A stretch of DNA of 64,000 nt from Candidatus Cloacimonadales bacterium (lineage in GTDB: Bacteria; Cloacimonadota; Cloacimonadia; Cloacimonadales; JAFGVF01): NCBI GenBank assembly GCA_963677495.2, contig CAXXOU010000001.1:128001-192000 (forward strand). Direction: 5' to 3'. How positions within the stretch are numbered: position 1 is the first letter of the stretch; each line of letters begins with the position of its first letter. The notes below the pieces were generated by a model, which ran no database searches, was not told the origin of the DNA, and saw nothing but the letters and a program-made list of their open reading frames with translations. The translations under genes were made by a program, and so were the position numbers. Below, piece by piece: positions 48,338-58,989 of this stretch.

Positions 48338-49738
48338 ATGTTATTTAATTCATTTGAATTTGGAGTTTTCTTAGTAGTTGTATTCTTCCTTTACTGGTTT
48401 GTCACAAATCGCAACCTGAAGATGCAAAATTTACTAATATTTGTATCTAGTTATGTCTTCTATGGTTGGTGGGACTGGAGATTCCTTTCTCTAATAGCTT
48501 TTAGTACAATTATTGATTACTCGGTAGGACTGGGATTAGCCAAGAATGAGGGTAAGAAACAAAGAGCTCTTTTGTTATGGACGAGTATAATTGTTAATCT
48601 TGGTTTTTTAATGTTCTTTAAGTACTACAATTTCTTTGTTGATAGTTTTGTAGGGGCATTTACATTCTTTGGATTCAGCTTCAATGCGAGATCTTTGAGC
48701 ATTATTCTCCCCGTCGGCATTAGTTTCTATACTTTCCAAACATTGAGTTATACAATAGATGTATATAATCGCAAACTCAAACCAACAAAAGATTTCATAG
48801 CCTTTGGTGCATTTGTCAGCTTTTTCCCTCAGCTTGTTGCTGGTCCTATTGAAAGGGCTACGCACTTACTCCCTCAATTCTATACACCCAGGAAGTTTGA
48901 TTATGATAATGCATCCGCTGGTTTAAAGATGATGCTTTGGGGTATGTTTATGAAAGTCGGTGTAGCTGACAGAGTTTCATTGTATGTTGATAATGTTTAT
49001 GGAAATGTTTCAATGCATTCTAGTGTGTCTCTAATTGTTGCAACTATCTTCTTTGCTGTGCAAATCTATTGTGATTTCGGTGGATACTCATTAATCGCTA
49101 TTGGTTGTGCAAAACTATTCGGCTTCTCTTTGATGAAGAACTTTAATAGACCATACCTTGCCGGTTCTTTCAAAGAGTTCTGGCAAAGGTGGCATATATC
49201 GTTATCATCATGGTTCCGAGATTATCTTTATATTCCACTCGGAGGTAGTAGAAACGGAAGTTTTAAGACTCAAAGAAACCTTTTCGTAACATTTGTTGTG
49301 AGTGGTTTCTGGCACGGAGCTAACTGGACATTCATTGTATGGGGAGCTCTACATGGTGCATATTTGGTTATCGAGAAGTCATTATCAATGATAAAACTTC
49401 CCAAACCCTTGCGCATTGTAATAGTCTTCATCCTGGCTTGCTTCTCATGGATATTCTTTAGAGCTGCTTCAGTTGGTGCAGCTTTTGACATAATCACAAA
49501 AATAGTACGATTTGAGAGTACTAAGCTTTATACCGGAGATATTGGTATCTTCTCCTTTTCAATAGTAGCTATTTTGGTTCTTTTCCTAAATGATTTCCTC
49601 TCTGAGTTTAAACCGAGTTTGAAGCTATTCCATAATGACAATCTTGCTATAAGATATGTATCAATAGTATTCATCTTACTTTACATAGTATCACTGGGTG
49701 TCTTTGACCAAAGTCAATTTATCTACTTTCAGTTCTAG
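48338..49738 (+). CDS. MBOAT O-acyltransferase (AlgI/DltB/PatA family)
   Basis: MLFNS, LPVGISFYTFQ, FFPQLVAGPIER, FWQRWHISLSSWFRDY, SGFWHGANW, FIYFQF. Confidence 0.95.
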   Translation: MLFNSFEFGVFLVVVFFLYWFVTNRNLKMQNLLIFVSSYVFYGWWDWRFLSLIAFSTIIDYSVGLGLAKNEGKKQRALLLWTSIIVNLGFLMFFKYYNFFVDSFVGAFTFFGFSFNARSLSIILPVGISFYTFQTLSYTIDVYNRKLKPTKDFIAFGAFVSFFPQLVAGPIERATHLLPQFYTPRKFDYDNASAGLKMMLWGMFMKVGVADRVSLYVDNVYGNVSMHSSVSLIVATIFFAVQIYCDFGGYSLIAIGCAKLFGFSLMKNFNRPYLAGSFKEFWQRWHISLSSWFRDYLYIPLGGSRNGSFKTQRNLFVTFVVSGFWHGANWTFIVWGALHGAYLVIEKSLSMIKLPKPLRIVIVFILACFSWIFFRAASVGAAFDIITKIVRFESTKLYTGDIGIFSFSIVAILVLFLNDFLSEFKPSLKLFHNDNLAIRYVSIVFILLYIVSLGVFDQSQFIYFQF

Positions 49739-49747
49739 GGGTGAATA

Positions 49748-50641
49748 ATGAAAAAACTATTTACTAAAATTCTTATAATACTCGCTATTTTTTTTGTCAT
49801 TGATCTTGCTCTAGGATTTGTACTCGATATTGCAATCAAGAAGTCAGATAATGGTAGATACTATAAAGCAAGATATAGTCTTGAAGAATCTAATGAAGAA
49901 GTTATCATTCTTGGCAGTTCAAGAGCTGAGACAAATTATGCTCCTTTTGTTGTTGAAGAGGAGTTAGGTAAAAGCTGTTGGACTACCGGCAGAGGTGGTC
50001 AGATTCTTCCATTCTGGCATGCGATGAGCAAAGGTATAATTAACAGATATACTCCAGAGATAATCATAGTAAATGTAGAACCCTACTTCCTTGAGAAGAA
50101 GCTAAGTTTCGTGAAAGCTGGCTTTCTACGCCCATTCTATAGATCACATAAAGAGATTAGAGATATTTTAGATAGAATATCTCCATTCGAGAAGCTATTG
50201 CTTCAGTCTCGCACATATGCCTACAACTCTAGTTTCTATTATTTATTTAGATCATTTGTTTTAAAAGATCTAGATGGTAGACGAGTAGATAACGGCTGGA
50301 AACCAAGGATTGGTAATTACCCATTAGAGTTTAAAGAAACTCGAGTTATGGATTATACGAGAGATCTTAATGAAGAGACAGTTGCATATTTCGAAAGGTT
50401 TATTGAAGAGATGTCCGGTAGCCAAGTCTTTGTTGTTATATCACCTGACTTTGAGTTTAACATTGTATCAACTCCGACGATTGAGTATCTTAAGAAACAG
50501 GATAGTTTTACTTTTATTAATCTTGGAGAAAACAATGAACTCTCAAAAATGAATAACAGATATAAAGATCCGGCTCATTTAAACAAAGAGGGTGCAATAG
50601 TATTCACAAAACAACTTTGTGATGAGATTAGGAATAGGTAA
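49748..50641 (+). CDS. SGNH-like extracytoplasmic acyltransferase partner of the MBOAT
   Basis: N-terminal TM, ILGSSRA and DPAHLNKEGA motifs. Directly follows the MBOAT gene. Confidence 0.75.
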   Translation: MKKLFTKILIILAIFFVIDLALGFVLDIAIKKSDNGRYYKARYSLEESNEEVIILGSSRAETNYAPFVVEEELGKSCWTTGRGGQILPFWHAMSKGIINRYTPEIIIVNVEPYFLEKKLSFVKAGFLRPFYRSHKEIRDILDRISPFEKLLLQSRTYAYNSSFYYLFRSFVLKDLDGRRVDNGWKPRIGNYPLEFKETRVMDYTRDLNEETVAYFERFIEEMSGSQVFVVISPDFEFNIVSTPTIEYLKKQDSFTFINLGENNELSKMNNRYKDPAHLNKEGAIVFTKQLCDEIRNR

Positions 50642-50720
50642 ACGGCTTAAGTAGATAGTATATTTATTTCAGTCTAATTTACTCCATTCCCATTATGGTC
50701 TCAACTTACTCTCTTTCAAT

Positions 50721-50830
50721 ACTCGGGAATGATCCGCGAATCAATGGGGATTATCTCGCGAATTTCTCGGGCAAAGTCCCGAGTGATTCCCGAGAGAGTC
50801 CCGGGAGATTCCCGAGTGTGTCCCGTGGAT
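50721..50830. repeat. Dyad-symmetric array of ten 11-bp units
   Basis: Five CTCGGG-type units (50721-50775) mirrored by five CCCGAG-type units (50776-50830) about 50774. Confidence 0.8.
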
Positions 50831-50867
50831 TGAAAGAGGGCAATAAGACGGACATGTTTGATTGCAT

Positions 50868-50900
50868 AAAAAATGGGACACCTATGTAGATGTCCCTTTT
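50868..50900 (-). terminator. Rho-independent terminator after GH38 (possibly bidirectional)
   Basis: Minus strand reads GGGACATCT-ACAT-AGGTGTCCC-ATTTTTT. Confidence 0.75.
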
Positions 50901-50913
50901 ATACTTTTGAAAA

Positions 50914-53913
50914 CTATTTGATTAATCTAAATGTTCTTATCTCATATGGGGTGAAGCCTAAGTCAAGGCAGTTAGTGCTTTCAGCAACAACTTCATCACC
51001 TGCTTCCAAGAGGTTTGTTTCAACAATCTTACTCCATACTGTTTCGGAGAAGAGAGTTACATCAACTGGTCTACCACAGGTTTCATAAAGTCTAATTATA
51101 GTATCTTTACCGTCTTCTGATGGTTTGACTGTTTCAATCTTAACCTGAATAGCCGGATTAGCACTGTTCTGTTCAATCCTGAAGCAGGAACGGTCACTGA
51201 CTGATTCCTTACCACCAAGATGAATCATCACCGGAGAATTGAGCTCATGAGCAGCCTGGAGCACTTCTGAATGAGTGTAATCACCCATATGTGGCATATA
51301 TGCAAAGGTGAAGTTATGAACTCGCATGTCACAATCAGGATCCGGGTACTTAGGACTTCTGAGTAAAGTAAGTTCCATCACGTTATCTCTGATTCTATGA
51401 CCATATTTGCAATCGTTTAAGAGTGCAAAACCATAATCAGGTTCAGACAAGTCAGCAAATCTATGGGCAGCAGTCTCGAACTTAGCTGCATCCCAACTTG
51501 TGTTGTCATGAGTAGGGCGTTTTAAGCTACCATATTGAATCTCATAAGTTGCTTCACCTTTATGAATAGAGGTTTCAGCAGCAACTCTAAGCATCTTTCT
51601 ATTCTCTTTCCAATCAACTTCTGATTCGATAGTAAGCTGACGTGAGTTCTCTTCAAGAGTGATAATCTCTGTGATTGTAGATTCACCAACTGTGAATTTC
51701 ATCTCCACTTTTACCAAGTCATTAGACTGAGAAATCACTTTTGCTGATACAAGCTTTGCCTGTTCAGGAGTTGTCTCAAGATAGAAATGATTTATATCCC
51801 AGGCATCCCAGTTGTTTGGCTTGTCTTCCCAAAGCAGAAGTGTATTAGCTTTACCTTTAAGAGTCTCTCGGTGAGCTTCTTTATCATACATAGAGATAAT
51901 CTCACCTGTCTCAGAATCAAAGTCGATGCTAAGTACATTGTTCTCAAGGTGGAAATCAAAGTCTACAACATCTAAATCAAGCTTCGAAACTCCGTGTAAC
52001 TGAGCTAATTCAGCTTTATCAATCTTAACATAGCCCATAGCAGGGATTGTTACTGGTACAGTAATCTCTGATTCTTCCATAACAAGGAGCTCTTCTCTGT
52101 CCCAGCTAAGTGAGTTCACAAGGTAATATGCATCATCACCTTCACCAAACATATTCTTCATTAAATCATCTTTGATTTCACTCAGCTTTGTAAGGTTCTC
52201 TTCAGACATCTTGTGAGCATCTTCATAAGCCCATTTTATTGAAGAACCCGGTAGGATATCATGGAACTGGTTAAGAAGGGTATTCTTCCAAATCTCATCT
52301 ATCTCCTGCTTTGGCATTTTGTTAGCCATCACAGCTAAGAACTCAACATCTCTGAGTGTTAGCTCGAGCAATCTATTATACTTCTTCATTAAGGCTTGGG
52401 ATGTGTATGTTCCTCTGTGGTATTCAAGGTATAGTTCACCAACCCAAGTTGGGAGTTTCTCCTTTGGTATCTGGTTTATCTTCTCAAAGAACTCTTCAGC
52501 AAAGGCGAACTTGAACTTTGGAGTTCCTTCAAGATTCTGTTGTCTTTTACCGAACTCTATGTGAAGTCTACCTGGTCCACCACCACCATCACCGATTCCA
52601 TAAAGGTTAAGAAACTCATCTGAGACGTCTGATTGTGCATATCTCTTGGAAGCATTTCTAAGTTGCTCCGGCCAATTAGCTAAGTTATAATCATTCGTTG
52701 GTAAGAAATGTGTTAGGATTTGAGTGCCATCAATACCTTCCCAATAGAAAGTATGGTGTGGGAACTTGTTTGTCTCATTCCAGGAAATCTTCTGGGTCAT
52801 AAAATAGTCTACACCACTTTTCTTAAGAATCTGAGGTAAAGCTGCTGAATAACCGAACACATCAGGAAGCCAAAGGTTCCTAACATCCTTTCCAAACTCA
52901 TCCATATATAGTTTCTTTCCGTAGAGACATTGACGCACAAGAGCTTCTCCACCACTTATATTCATATCAGGTTCAACCCACATTGCACCTTGAAGCTCCC
53001 ATCGGCCTGCTTTCACAGCTTCTTTCACCTCTTCAAATAGCTGAGGATAATCCTGCTTTACCCATTCGTAAAGCTGAGGTTGTGAAGCACCAAACTTATA
53101 CTCAGGGAACTCATCCATCATGCGAAGAGCAGTAGAGAAAGTTCTGCCACCTTTTCTTCTTGTTTCTCTGATAGGCCATAGCCAGGCAAGATCAAGATGT
53201 GCATGACCAATAGAATAAACGGTAAGTTCACTTGCATTTGCTGGTTTACTTAATAGCTCTTTTGTTATCTTCAAGCACTCTTTTATCCCCTGACCCTCTT
53301 TGTAGAGGTTGCAAACTTCATTCAAACCATACAAGACTTTCTGGAAACGAGTTGAATCCTGCTCAAGCTGTTCAGCTAAAGCAATAAGGACTCTCATATC
53401 AAGGTTAAGCTCATACTTATCTTCATTCAGGTATGCAACCTGAGCTTGTTTAAGGATATATTTCTCATCTTTAGCACCAAATAGGTCATTAGCTCCTGCA
53501 TCGAATAGAAGGTCTATCTCTTCTCCACCTTCTGCAACATCGAATAACGGAACCCAAGCTTTGCCAATGTGATGATGATTGTCTCTTTTATATGTAATTG
53601 CAACACGTGGTGAACCATCTTTAAAATACAGTCCTTCTCCGGCTATATCTATGATTACACCAACTTTCTGGCCTTGATACTCTTTTGGGACTTCACCTTT
53701 AAACTTAAACCAGGCACAACCCCAGTTTTCAGCCCAACAGTCTCCAATCTTGATTGGTTTAAAAGTTGCATTAACAGCTTCCTCGTAAGGAATTGGTACT
53801 ATCTTGTCATAGATGAAGCCGACTTCTAAATCAGCCCCTTTAGTAAACCGCTGGGTAAACAGCTCGTGCGTTAGTCTTCTTGCTCTATCTAAATAAATAT
53901 TAATGTTTTTCAT
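50914..53913 (-). CDS. Alpha-mannosidase, GH38
   Basis: GHAHLDLAWLW, WVEPD, WLPDVFGYS, YGIGDGGGGP, GELYLEYHRG, NQFHDILPGSS. Confidence 0.95.
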   Translation of the reverse strand: MKNINIYLDRARRLTHELFTQRFTKGADLEVGFIYDKIVPIPYEEAVNATFKPIKIGDCWAENWGCAWFKFKGEVPKEYQGQKVGVIIDIAGEGLYFKDGSPRVAITYKRDNHHHIGKAWVPLFDVAEGGEEIDLLFDAGANDLFGAKDEKYILKQAQVAYLNEDKYELNLDMRVLIALAEQLEQDSTRFQKVLYGLNEVCNLYKEGQGIKECLKITKELLSKPANASELTVYSIGHAHLDLAWLWPIRETRRKGGRTFSTALRMMDEFPEYKFGASQPQLYEWVKQDYPQLFEEVKEAVKAGRWELQGAMWVEPDMNISGGEALVRQCLYGKKLYMDEFGKDVRNLWLPDVFGYSAALPQILKKSGVDYFMTQKISWNETNKFPHHTFYWEGIDGTQILTHFLPTNDYNLANWPEQLRNASKRYAQSDVSDEFLNLYGIGDGGGGPGRLHIEFGKRQQNLEGTPKFKFAFAEEFFEKINQIPKEKLPTWVGELYLEYHRGTYTSQALMKKYNRLLELTLRDVEFLAVMANKMPKQEIDEIWKNTLLNQFHDILPGSSIKWAYEDAHKMSEENLTKLSEIKDDLMKNMFGEGDDAYYLVNSLSWDREELLVMEESEITVPVTIPAMGYVKIDKAELAQLHGVSKLDLDVVDFDFHLENNVLSIDFDSETGEIISMYDKEAHRETLKGKANTLLLWEDKPNNWDAWDINHFYLETTPEQAKLVSAKVISQSNDLVKVEMKFTVGESTITEIITLEENSRQLTIESEVDWKENRKMLRVAAETSIHKGEATYEIQYGSLKRPTHDNTSWDAAKFETAAHRFADLSEPDYGFALLNDCKYGHRIRDNVMELTLLRSPKYPDPDCDMRVHNFTFAYMPHMGDYTHSEVLQAAHELNSPVMIHLGGKESVSDRSCFRIEQNSANPAIQVKIETVKPSEDGKDTIIRLYETCGRPVDVTLFSETVWSKIVETNLLEAGDEVVAESTNCLDLGFTPYEIRTFRLIK

Positions 53914-53921
53914 TCTAACCT

Positions 53922-55397
53922 CTACCGATTAGTTTCTAGTTGTTCTTTATATGTTTTGAAGTCATATCCCAACTTCGTTAAATAATCTTCATGTTTGGGT
54001 ACTACTGATTTGAATGATTCAAAATCTTTGTTGGCATAGTCAGTCCATACAATCTCTGAGAGCGAGAATATACGCGGGATAAGCATATACTCAAACTCAT
54101 TCTCAGTATATATGTGTTCAGTCCAGATGTTAGCTTGAGCACCGATGATAAGCTTCTCCTGATCAGGAGTCAAACCTTCAGGGATTGGATTATACTTATA
54201 TACATCTTCCCAGGATAGAATTGGCAAATCCACTTTCTTATCTTCAGGGAACGGACGTTTATCAAAGTAAAGATTAGCCCATGGTGTCATGATAGCTTGA
54301 TTACCATGTTTCACAGCTTCAATACCACCATCTATTCCTCTCCATGACATCACAACCGCAGTGTCCGCTAAACCACCCTCAAGTATCTCATCCCAACCGA
54401 TTAGTGTTTTACCTTTCTCAAGAAGTACTTTTTCAATCTGACGGATAAACCAACTTTGCAATTCATCCTCGTTCTTTAAACCTTCATCTTTCATACGCTG
54501 TTGGCAGTCGGGGCACTCTTTCCAGCGTGACTTAGGACATTCGTCACCACCAATATGGAAGTATTTACTTGGGAAGAGCTCGCATACTTCATCGATTATA
54601 TCTCTCAAGAAATCAAAGGTTATATCTTTACCTGCACAGTATACATCATCAGTTACTCCCCAAACATCGATTACCTCAAAAGGTCCACCGGTACATGAGT
54701 ATTCAGGATAAGCTGCTAAAGCGGCAACTGAGTGACCAGGTAGTTCAATCTCAGGGATAACTTCTATATGAAGCTTCGAGGCATATTCAACAACATCTTT
54801 AATCTCTTCCTGGGTATAGAATCCACCATAAATGGAGCCATCTTTAGTCTTTCTCCAAGCAGACTCAGATGTAAGTTTTGGATACTTCTTAATCTCAATT
54901 CTCCAGCCTTGATCCTCAGTAAGGTGCCAATGAAACTTGTTAAGCTTATACATAGCCATCAGATCAAGTTGCTTCTTAATAAAGTCGATTGAATAGAAAT
55001 GTCTGCAAACATCAATATGCAAGCCTCTCCAATCGAAAGCAGGTGCATCACTAACCATACCGCACTGGATTTCAACTTCTTTGCCAGTATTGGAAAGTAT
55101 CATCTGCCTTAAACTCTGGAGAGCATAAAACACGCCTTTAGCAGTTGCTGCTTCAATAGAGATAGAAGCTTCAAAAACTATTAACTTGTACTCCTCTTCT
55201 TGCATCTCTTCCCTTTGCAGAATAAGGATTGTACTCCCGGTTTCATCATAATTAATATCACCAAATATGAATGCTAACTGACACTTAATCATCTCTAATT
55301 GATCCGCGAAATGAATAGTATCAATTTTGTAATTCCCCATCTTCATTGAGTCAGGGAATACTTTGCATTCCTTAGGTTTAGGTATTATCCTCATCAA
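53922..55397 (-). CDS. Beta-N-acetylhexosaminidase, GH20
   Basis: WRGLHIDVCRH, FHWHLTEDQGWR, PEIELPGH, HIGGDE, GAQANIWTE. Confidence 0.95.
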   Translation of the reverse strand: MMRIIPKPKECKVFPDSMKMGNYKIDTIHFADQLEMIKCQLAFIFGDINYDETGSTILILQREEMQEEEYKLIVFEASISIEAATAKGVFYALQSLRQMILSNTGKEVEIQCGMVSDAPAFDWRGLHIDVCRHFYSIDFIKKQLDLMAMYKLNKFHWHLTEDQGWRIEIKKYPKLTSESAWRKTKDGSIYGGFYTQEEIKDVVEYASKLHIEVIPEIELPGHSVAALAAYPEYSCTGGPFEVIDVWGVTDDVYCAGKDITFDFLRDIIDEVCELFPSKYFHIGGDECPKSRWKECPDCQQRMKDEGLKNEDELQSWFIRQIEKVLLEKGKTLIGWDEILEGGLADTAVVMSWRGIDGGIEAVKHGNQAIMTPWANLYFDKRPFPEDKKVDLPILSWEDVYKYNPIPEGLTPDQEKLIIGAQANIWTEHIYTENEFEYMLIPRIFSLSEIVWTDYANKDFESFKSVVPKHEDYLTKLGYDFKTYKEQLETNR

Positions 55398-55404
55398 TCA
55401 CTCC

Positions 55405-58400
55405 CTAATATTCAAATAGTTTCTGTAGATCATCTATAGTAAGAGCTTGGAAGACACTTTCTCCCTGTTCGATAATATAATCAAACAACTCTTTCTTATT
55501 CTTCTGAAGACTAAGAATCTTCTCTTCTACCGTACCTTTAGTTATCAATTTATAGACCTGAACTTTCTTTGTCTGTCCAATTCGATGGGTTCTATCAATA
55601 GCTTGATTCTCTACCATTGGGTTCCACCATGGGTCTACAATAATTACAGTATCTGCTGAAGTAAGATTTATTCCAAAACCACCGGTTTTTAAGCTTATTA
55701 AGAAAACTCTTAGATTATGATTGTCGTTGAAGTGGTCAATACGCCCCTGTCTATTCTTAGTTGATCCGTCCATATACTCATAAGGAACCTGCATTTGATT
55801 CAGCATATTTTTAACAATCTTAAGCATCTGTACGAACTGACTAAACACAAGAATCTTTCGGCCACTATCAAGTGCTTCTTGTATAAGCTCTTTTAACATC
55901 TCTGTTTTACCCGAGAGCTCTTCATCTGTCTTGAAGCTATCATCAATCAATGCAGGATGGTTACATATCTGCCTTAGTTTAGTTAAGCCTGCAAGGATGT
56001 GGATATACGATGATTTACTCCTATTCACGGTTCCATCATCATTGAAAACCGGCAACAGTGATTTCTTAATCTCATCAAGTACTTGTAAATAAACCTTTTC
56101 TTGAATTGGAAGCATCTTTGCAGGAATAATCTGTTCCTGTTTATCCGGTAATTCTACAAGCACATCTTTCTTACGTCTCCTTAGTATGAATGGTGCGATA
56201 AGTGAAGTAAGCTTTGCAGTATCTTCCTTAGATGTATACATATTCTTGAAGCGTTTACGTGAAGGCAACAGCCCCGGCATCAGGAAATCAAAGATTGACC
56301 ATAACTCATCCAGGTTATTCTCCATTGGAGTACCGGTTAATGCTAAACGACGTTCTGTATTCAGTTTCTTAATCGCTTTGGTTCTATGTGACGATACATT
56401 CTTTATATGCTGTGCTTCATCAAGTATAACATATCTAAAGTTCTTCTTCTTAAGTTCCTCTAAATCATTCACAATTATTGAGAATGAAGCTATAATAATA
56501 CCGGATTGCATATTCTTAAGCAGTATCTTTCTCTGGTTTTTGTTTCCTTCAAGCACAACAAATGGTAAAGCTGGATTGAATTTACTAATCTCCGCAGCCC
56601 AGTTGTACACAAGGGTTTTAGGGCAAACGACCATTGAAAGCGCATCTGCAGACTGACTTGTCAGCAACGTTATAGCCTGGATAGTTTTACCCAGTCCCAT
56701 CTCATCAGCAAGTATACCACCCAGATGGAAGCGTTCAAGCATCTTCATCCAATAGAAACCTGACTTCTGATAGTTACGCATAATAGCTTTCAAAGTTGGA
56801 GGAATATCCTCTTTCTTTGTTCTCCCTCGAGACATAATCTCATCATACATAGAGGAGAGGAACTTATCACCGAATACTTTAATAGCAGGATTTGTCTCAG
56901 TCAATTTATGCAGGTAAGGCAGGTTATAGGTTGCCATACCGTATACTTTATCTTTCTGTTCTTCTGATTTCTCCATAAGCTTTTCAACATCATCGAATGC
57001 CTTACGGTCCATGAAGTAAAGTAATCGGCCATCCTGAAGCTTCATAAATTTTTGTTTTGACTTGAAGAACTTCTTCAACTCTCCATGCGTGAAGCTCATA
57101 TCTTTGTAACGATACTTAACTTCATAATCAAACCAATCTATATCCTCTTTGCGTCTTGCTTCAATCTCTACGTTAAGATGGACTTTATAGACAAATTCAC
57201 GCTTCAAATCAGGAGATACTTCAATATTCCAATTCTCTTCCGACAGTTCAAATATAGCCTTCTTTAGTAGCTCTATCTGCACTTCCCCTTCAAATTCAAG
57301 AGCCATGTTCTCATTAAGCTTATGAAGCTGATACAATGGCAATGACATAAGAAATGTTGTTACTTCGTTTATAGTCTGCGGTGGAATATAGAACCAACCT
57401 TCATTACCACCTTTGGTGTATTGAATAAGATTGGAATCCATTCGAAGCAGAGATATTGGCAGTTGCCAATCAGGAGTGTATTCCAAGTAACCATCCATAT
57501 TGATCTTCTCCCCAACTTTGCTTAAGTGAAAGTTCACGGTTGGGCGATTATCAAATACTTCAGGCACCTCAATATCTTCATCGAAGTCTAAGTACGATTG
57601 CATCAAAGCCAGCTGCTTCGCTACAACCGAGTGATAGTAAACAAGGTCATGTTTCTTCAAGTGTAAACCACTTGTCATAATCTCTTTAAGAATATCCTGC
57701 TGGAATGGTAAAAACTTAGTGTGAACCGTGTTTCTTATGAAAATGTATGTAGTATTACCAATAAAGAAAGTACCAATATTATCACTGTAAGTATGGGTTA
57801 AAAGATAGTTCTCATCATCAACTTTCCGGATTCTAAAGTTTAGAGACAATGGTTCTTCTGAGAAATGAATACGGTCACCGGTTTCTTTTATAAACACCTT
57901 TCGTTGCAAGAGCTTTAAGACTGGTAAAACATGAATGAAATCCTCTTTATAGATTGTATAAAATATACCCTTATTACTATAGGAGCACTTATAAGTCTGA
58001 ATCAATCTATGTAGTAGAATCTCTTCATCCGGAAGAAGTTTAATCTGACGCTTAGCTTTTTCAAGTTCTTGAGGGGATTCACTAATCGGTGCTTTTCCAA
58101 CAATGAGAGTAGATATTAACCTAACATTCATAGGCGCATATTTAGTGAAATAGAGCCTAATCTTGTCTGTCTTAGGATTATAAATATCACTAACTTCAAT
58201 CTCGCTCTGCAGTATCAGCTTTTCCCAATACTCATTGAAGTTGAGCATATTCTTCTGGTAAGTTACTCTTTCAGAACCATCAATCATATCTGTACTAAGA
58301 TATTTATAAGAGTAGTCCAGTACTGTGAAGTAATGTTCACATGATTCATTTGAGATACATTCACGGCAACTATGCTCTTTAATCTCTTCTTCTATCGGAT

Positions 58401-58593
58401 CATAAACGATCTTAATATCGAGAGCAAGGCGAGGTTGTCGTTCTCTGTCTGCATTGAAGTGGAAGATTACATTCCCCTGCTCATCCCTGTATTTCCAGTA
58501 AAACAGGTCTTCCGGGGTCGTTTCAAAAATAGCTTTCTTATAAGTCCATGTGTTGGAATACTGATGATATTCCTTTCTAAACAATCGAGCCAT
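55405..58593 (-). CDS. SNF2-family helicase with SWIM-like N-terminal zinc finger
   Basis: CREC...CEH, GILADEMGLGKT, DEAQHIKN, LTGTPMEN, SLKTGGFGINL, QAIDRTHRIGQ. Confidence 0.94.
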   Translation of the reverse strand: MARLFRKEYHQYSNTWTYKKAIFETTPEDLFYWKYRDEQGNVIFHFNADRERQPRLALDIKIVYDPIEEEIKEHSCRECISNESCEHYFTVLDYSYKYLSTDMIDGSERVTYQKNMLNFNEYWEKLILQSEIEVSDIYNPKTDKIRLYFTKYAPMNVRLISTLIVGKAPISESPQELEKAKRQIKLLPDEEILLHRLIQTYKCSYSNKGIFYTIYKEDFIHVLPVLKLLQRKVFIKETGDRIHFSEEPLSLNFRIRKVDDENYLLTHTYSDNIGTFFIGNTTYIFIRNTVHTKFLPFQQDILKEIMTSGLHLKKHDLVYYHSVVAKQLALMQSYLDFDEDIEVPEVFDNRPTVNFHLSKVGEKINMDGYLEYTPDWQLPISLLRMDSNLIQYTKGGNEGWFYIPPQTINEVTTFLMSLPLYQLHKLNENMALEFEGEVQIELLKKAIFELSEENWNIEVSPDLKREFVYKVHLNVEIEARRKEDIDWFDYEVKYRYKDMSFTHGELKKFFKSKQKFMKLQDGRLLYFMDRKAFDDVEKLMEKSEEQKDKVYGMATYNLPYLHKLTETNPAIKVFGDKFLSSMYDEIMSRGRTKKEDIPPTLKAIMRNYQKSGFYWMKMLERFHLGGILADEMGLGKTIQAITLLTSQSADALSMVVCPKTLVYNWAAEISKFNPALPFVVLEGNKNQRKILLKNMQSGIIIASFSIIVNDLEELKKKNFRYVILDEAQHIKNVSSHRTKAIKKLNTERRLALTGTPMENNLDELWSIFDFLMPGLLPSRKRFKNMYTSKEDTAKLTSLIAPFILRRRKKDVLVELPDKQEQIIPAKMLPIQEKVYLQVLDEIKKSLLPVFNDDGTVNRSKSSYIHILAGLTKLRQICNHPALIDDSFKTDEELSGKTEMLKELIQEALDSGRKILVFSQFVQMLKIVKNMLNQMQVPYEYMDGSTKNRQGRIDHFNDNHNLRVFLISLKTGGFGINLTSADTVIIVDPWWNPMVENQAIDRTHRIGQTKKVQVYKLITKGTVEEKILSLQKNKKELFDYIIEQGESVFQALTIDDLQKLFEY

Positions 58594-58989
58594 TAATTCC
58601 TCTTTTCCTTGGTTAACTTGGTTAGATATTGAAAGATAAGTATGTAATATAATGTGGAATTATGGCAAGCAAAATCTTATAATACTGTTCTCTTTATCTC
58701 CTTTACTAAAGTTTCAAAGCTTTGCTAATCACTTGTTATCAACAACAAGTACACTATTTTTGTCATAACATGTTTTGAAGTAACATACACTATGGAGTGC
58801 ACCAACTGTCTTAGTGCGTCATGTCACGAAATCTTAATTTACTTCAATCTGTACCTTCGGAATGGTCACAGACCTTCCGAATGGTACACTTCGAAGTTAT
58901 TTGTGTTATATCACAAGAGTACCATTTCGAATGTCTGTAACTATTCGGAAAGTGGAATCACGAAAGCTAAACCAATTTTGTATCGGATT

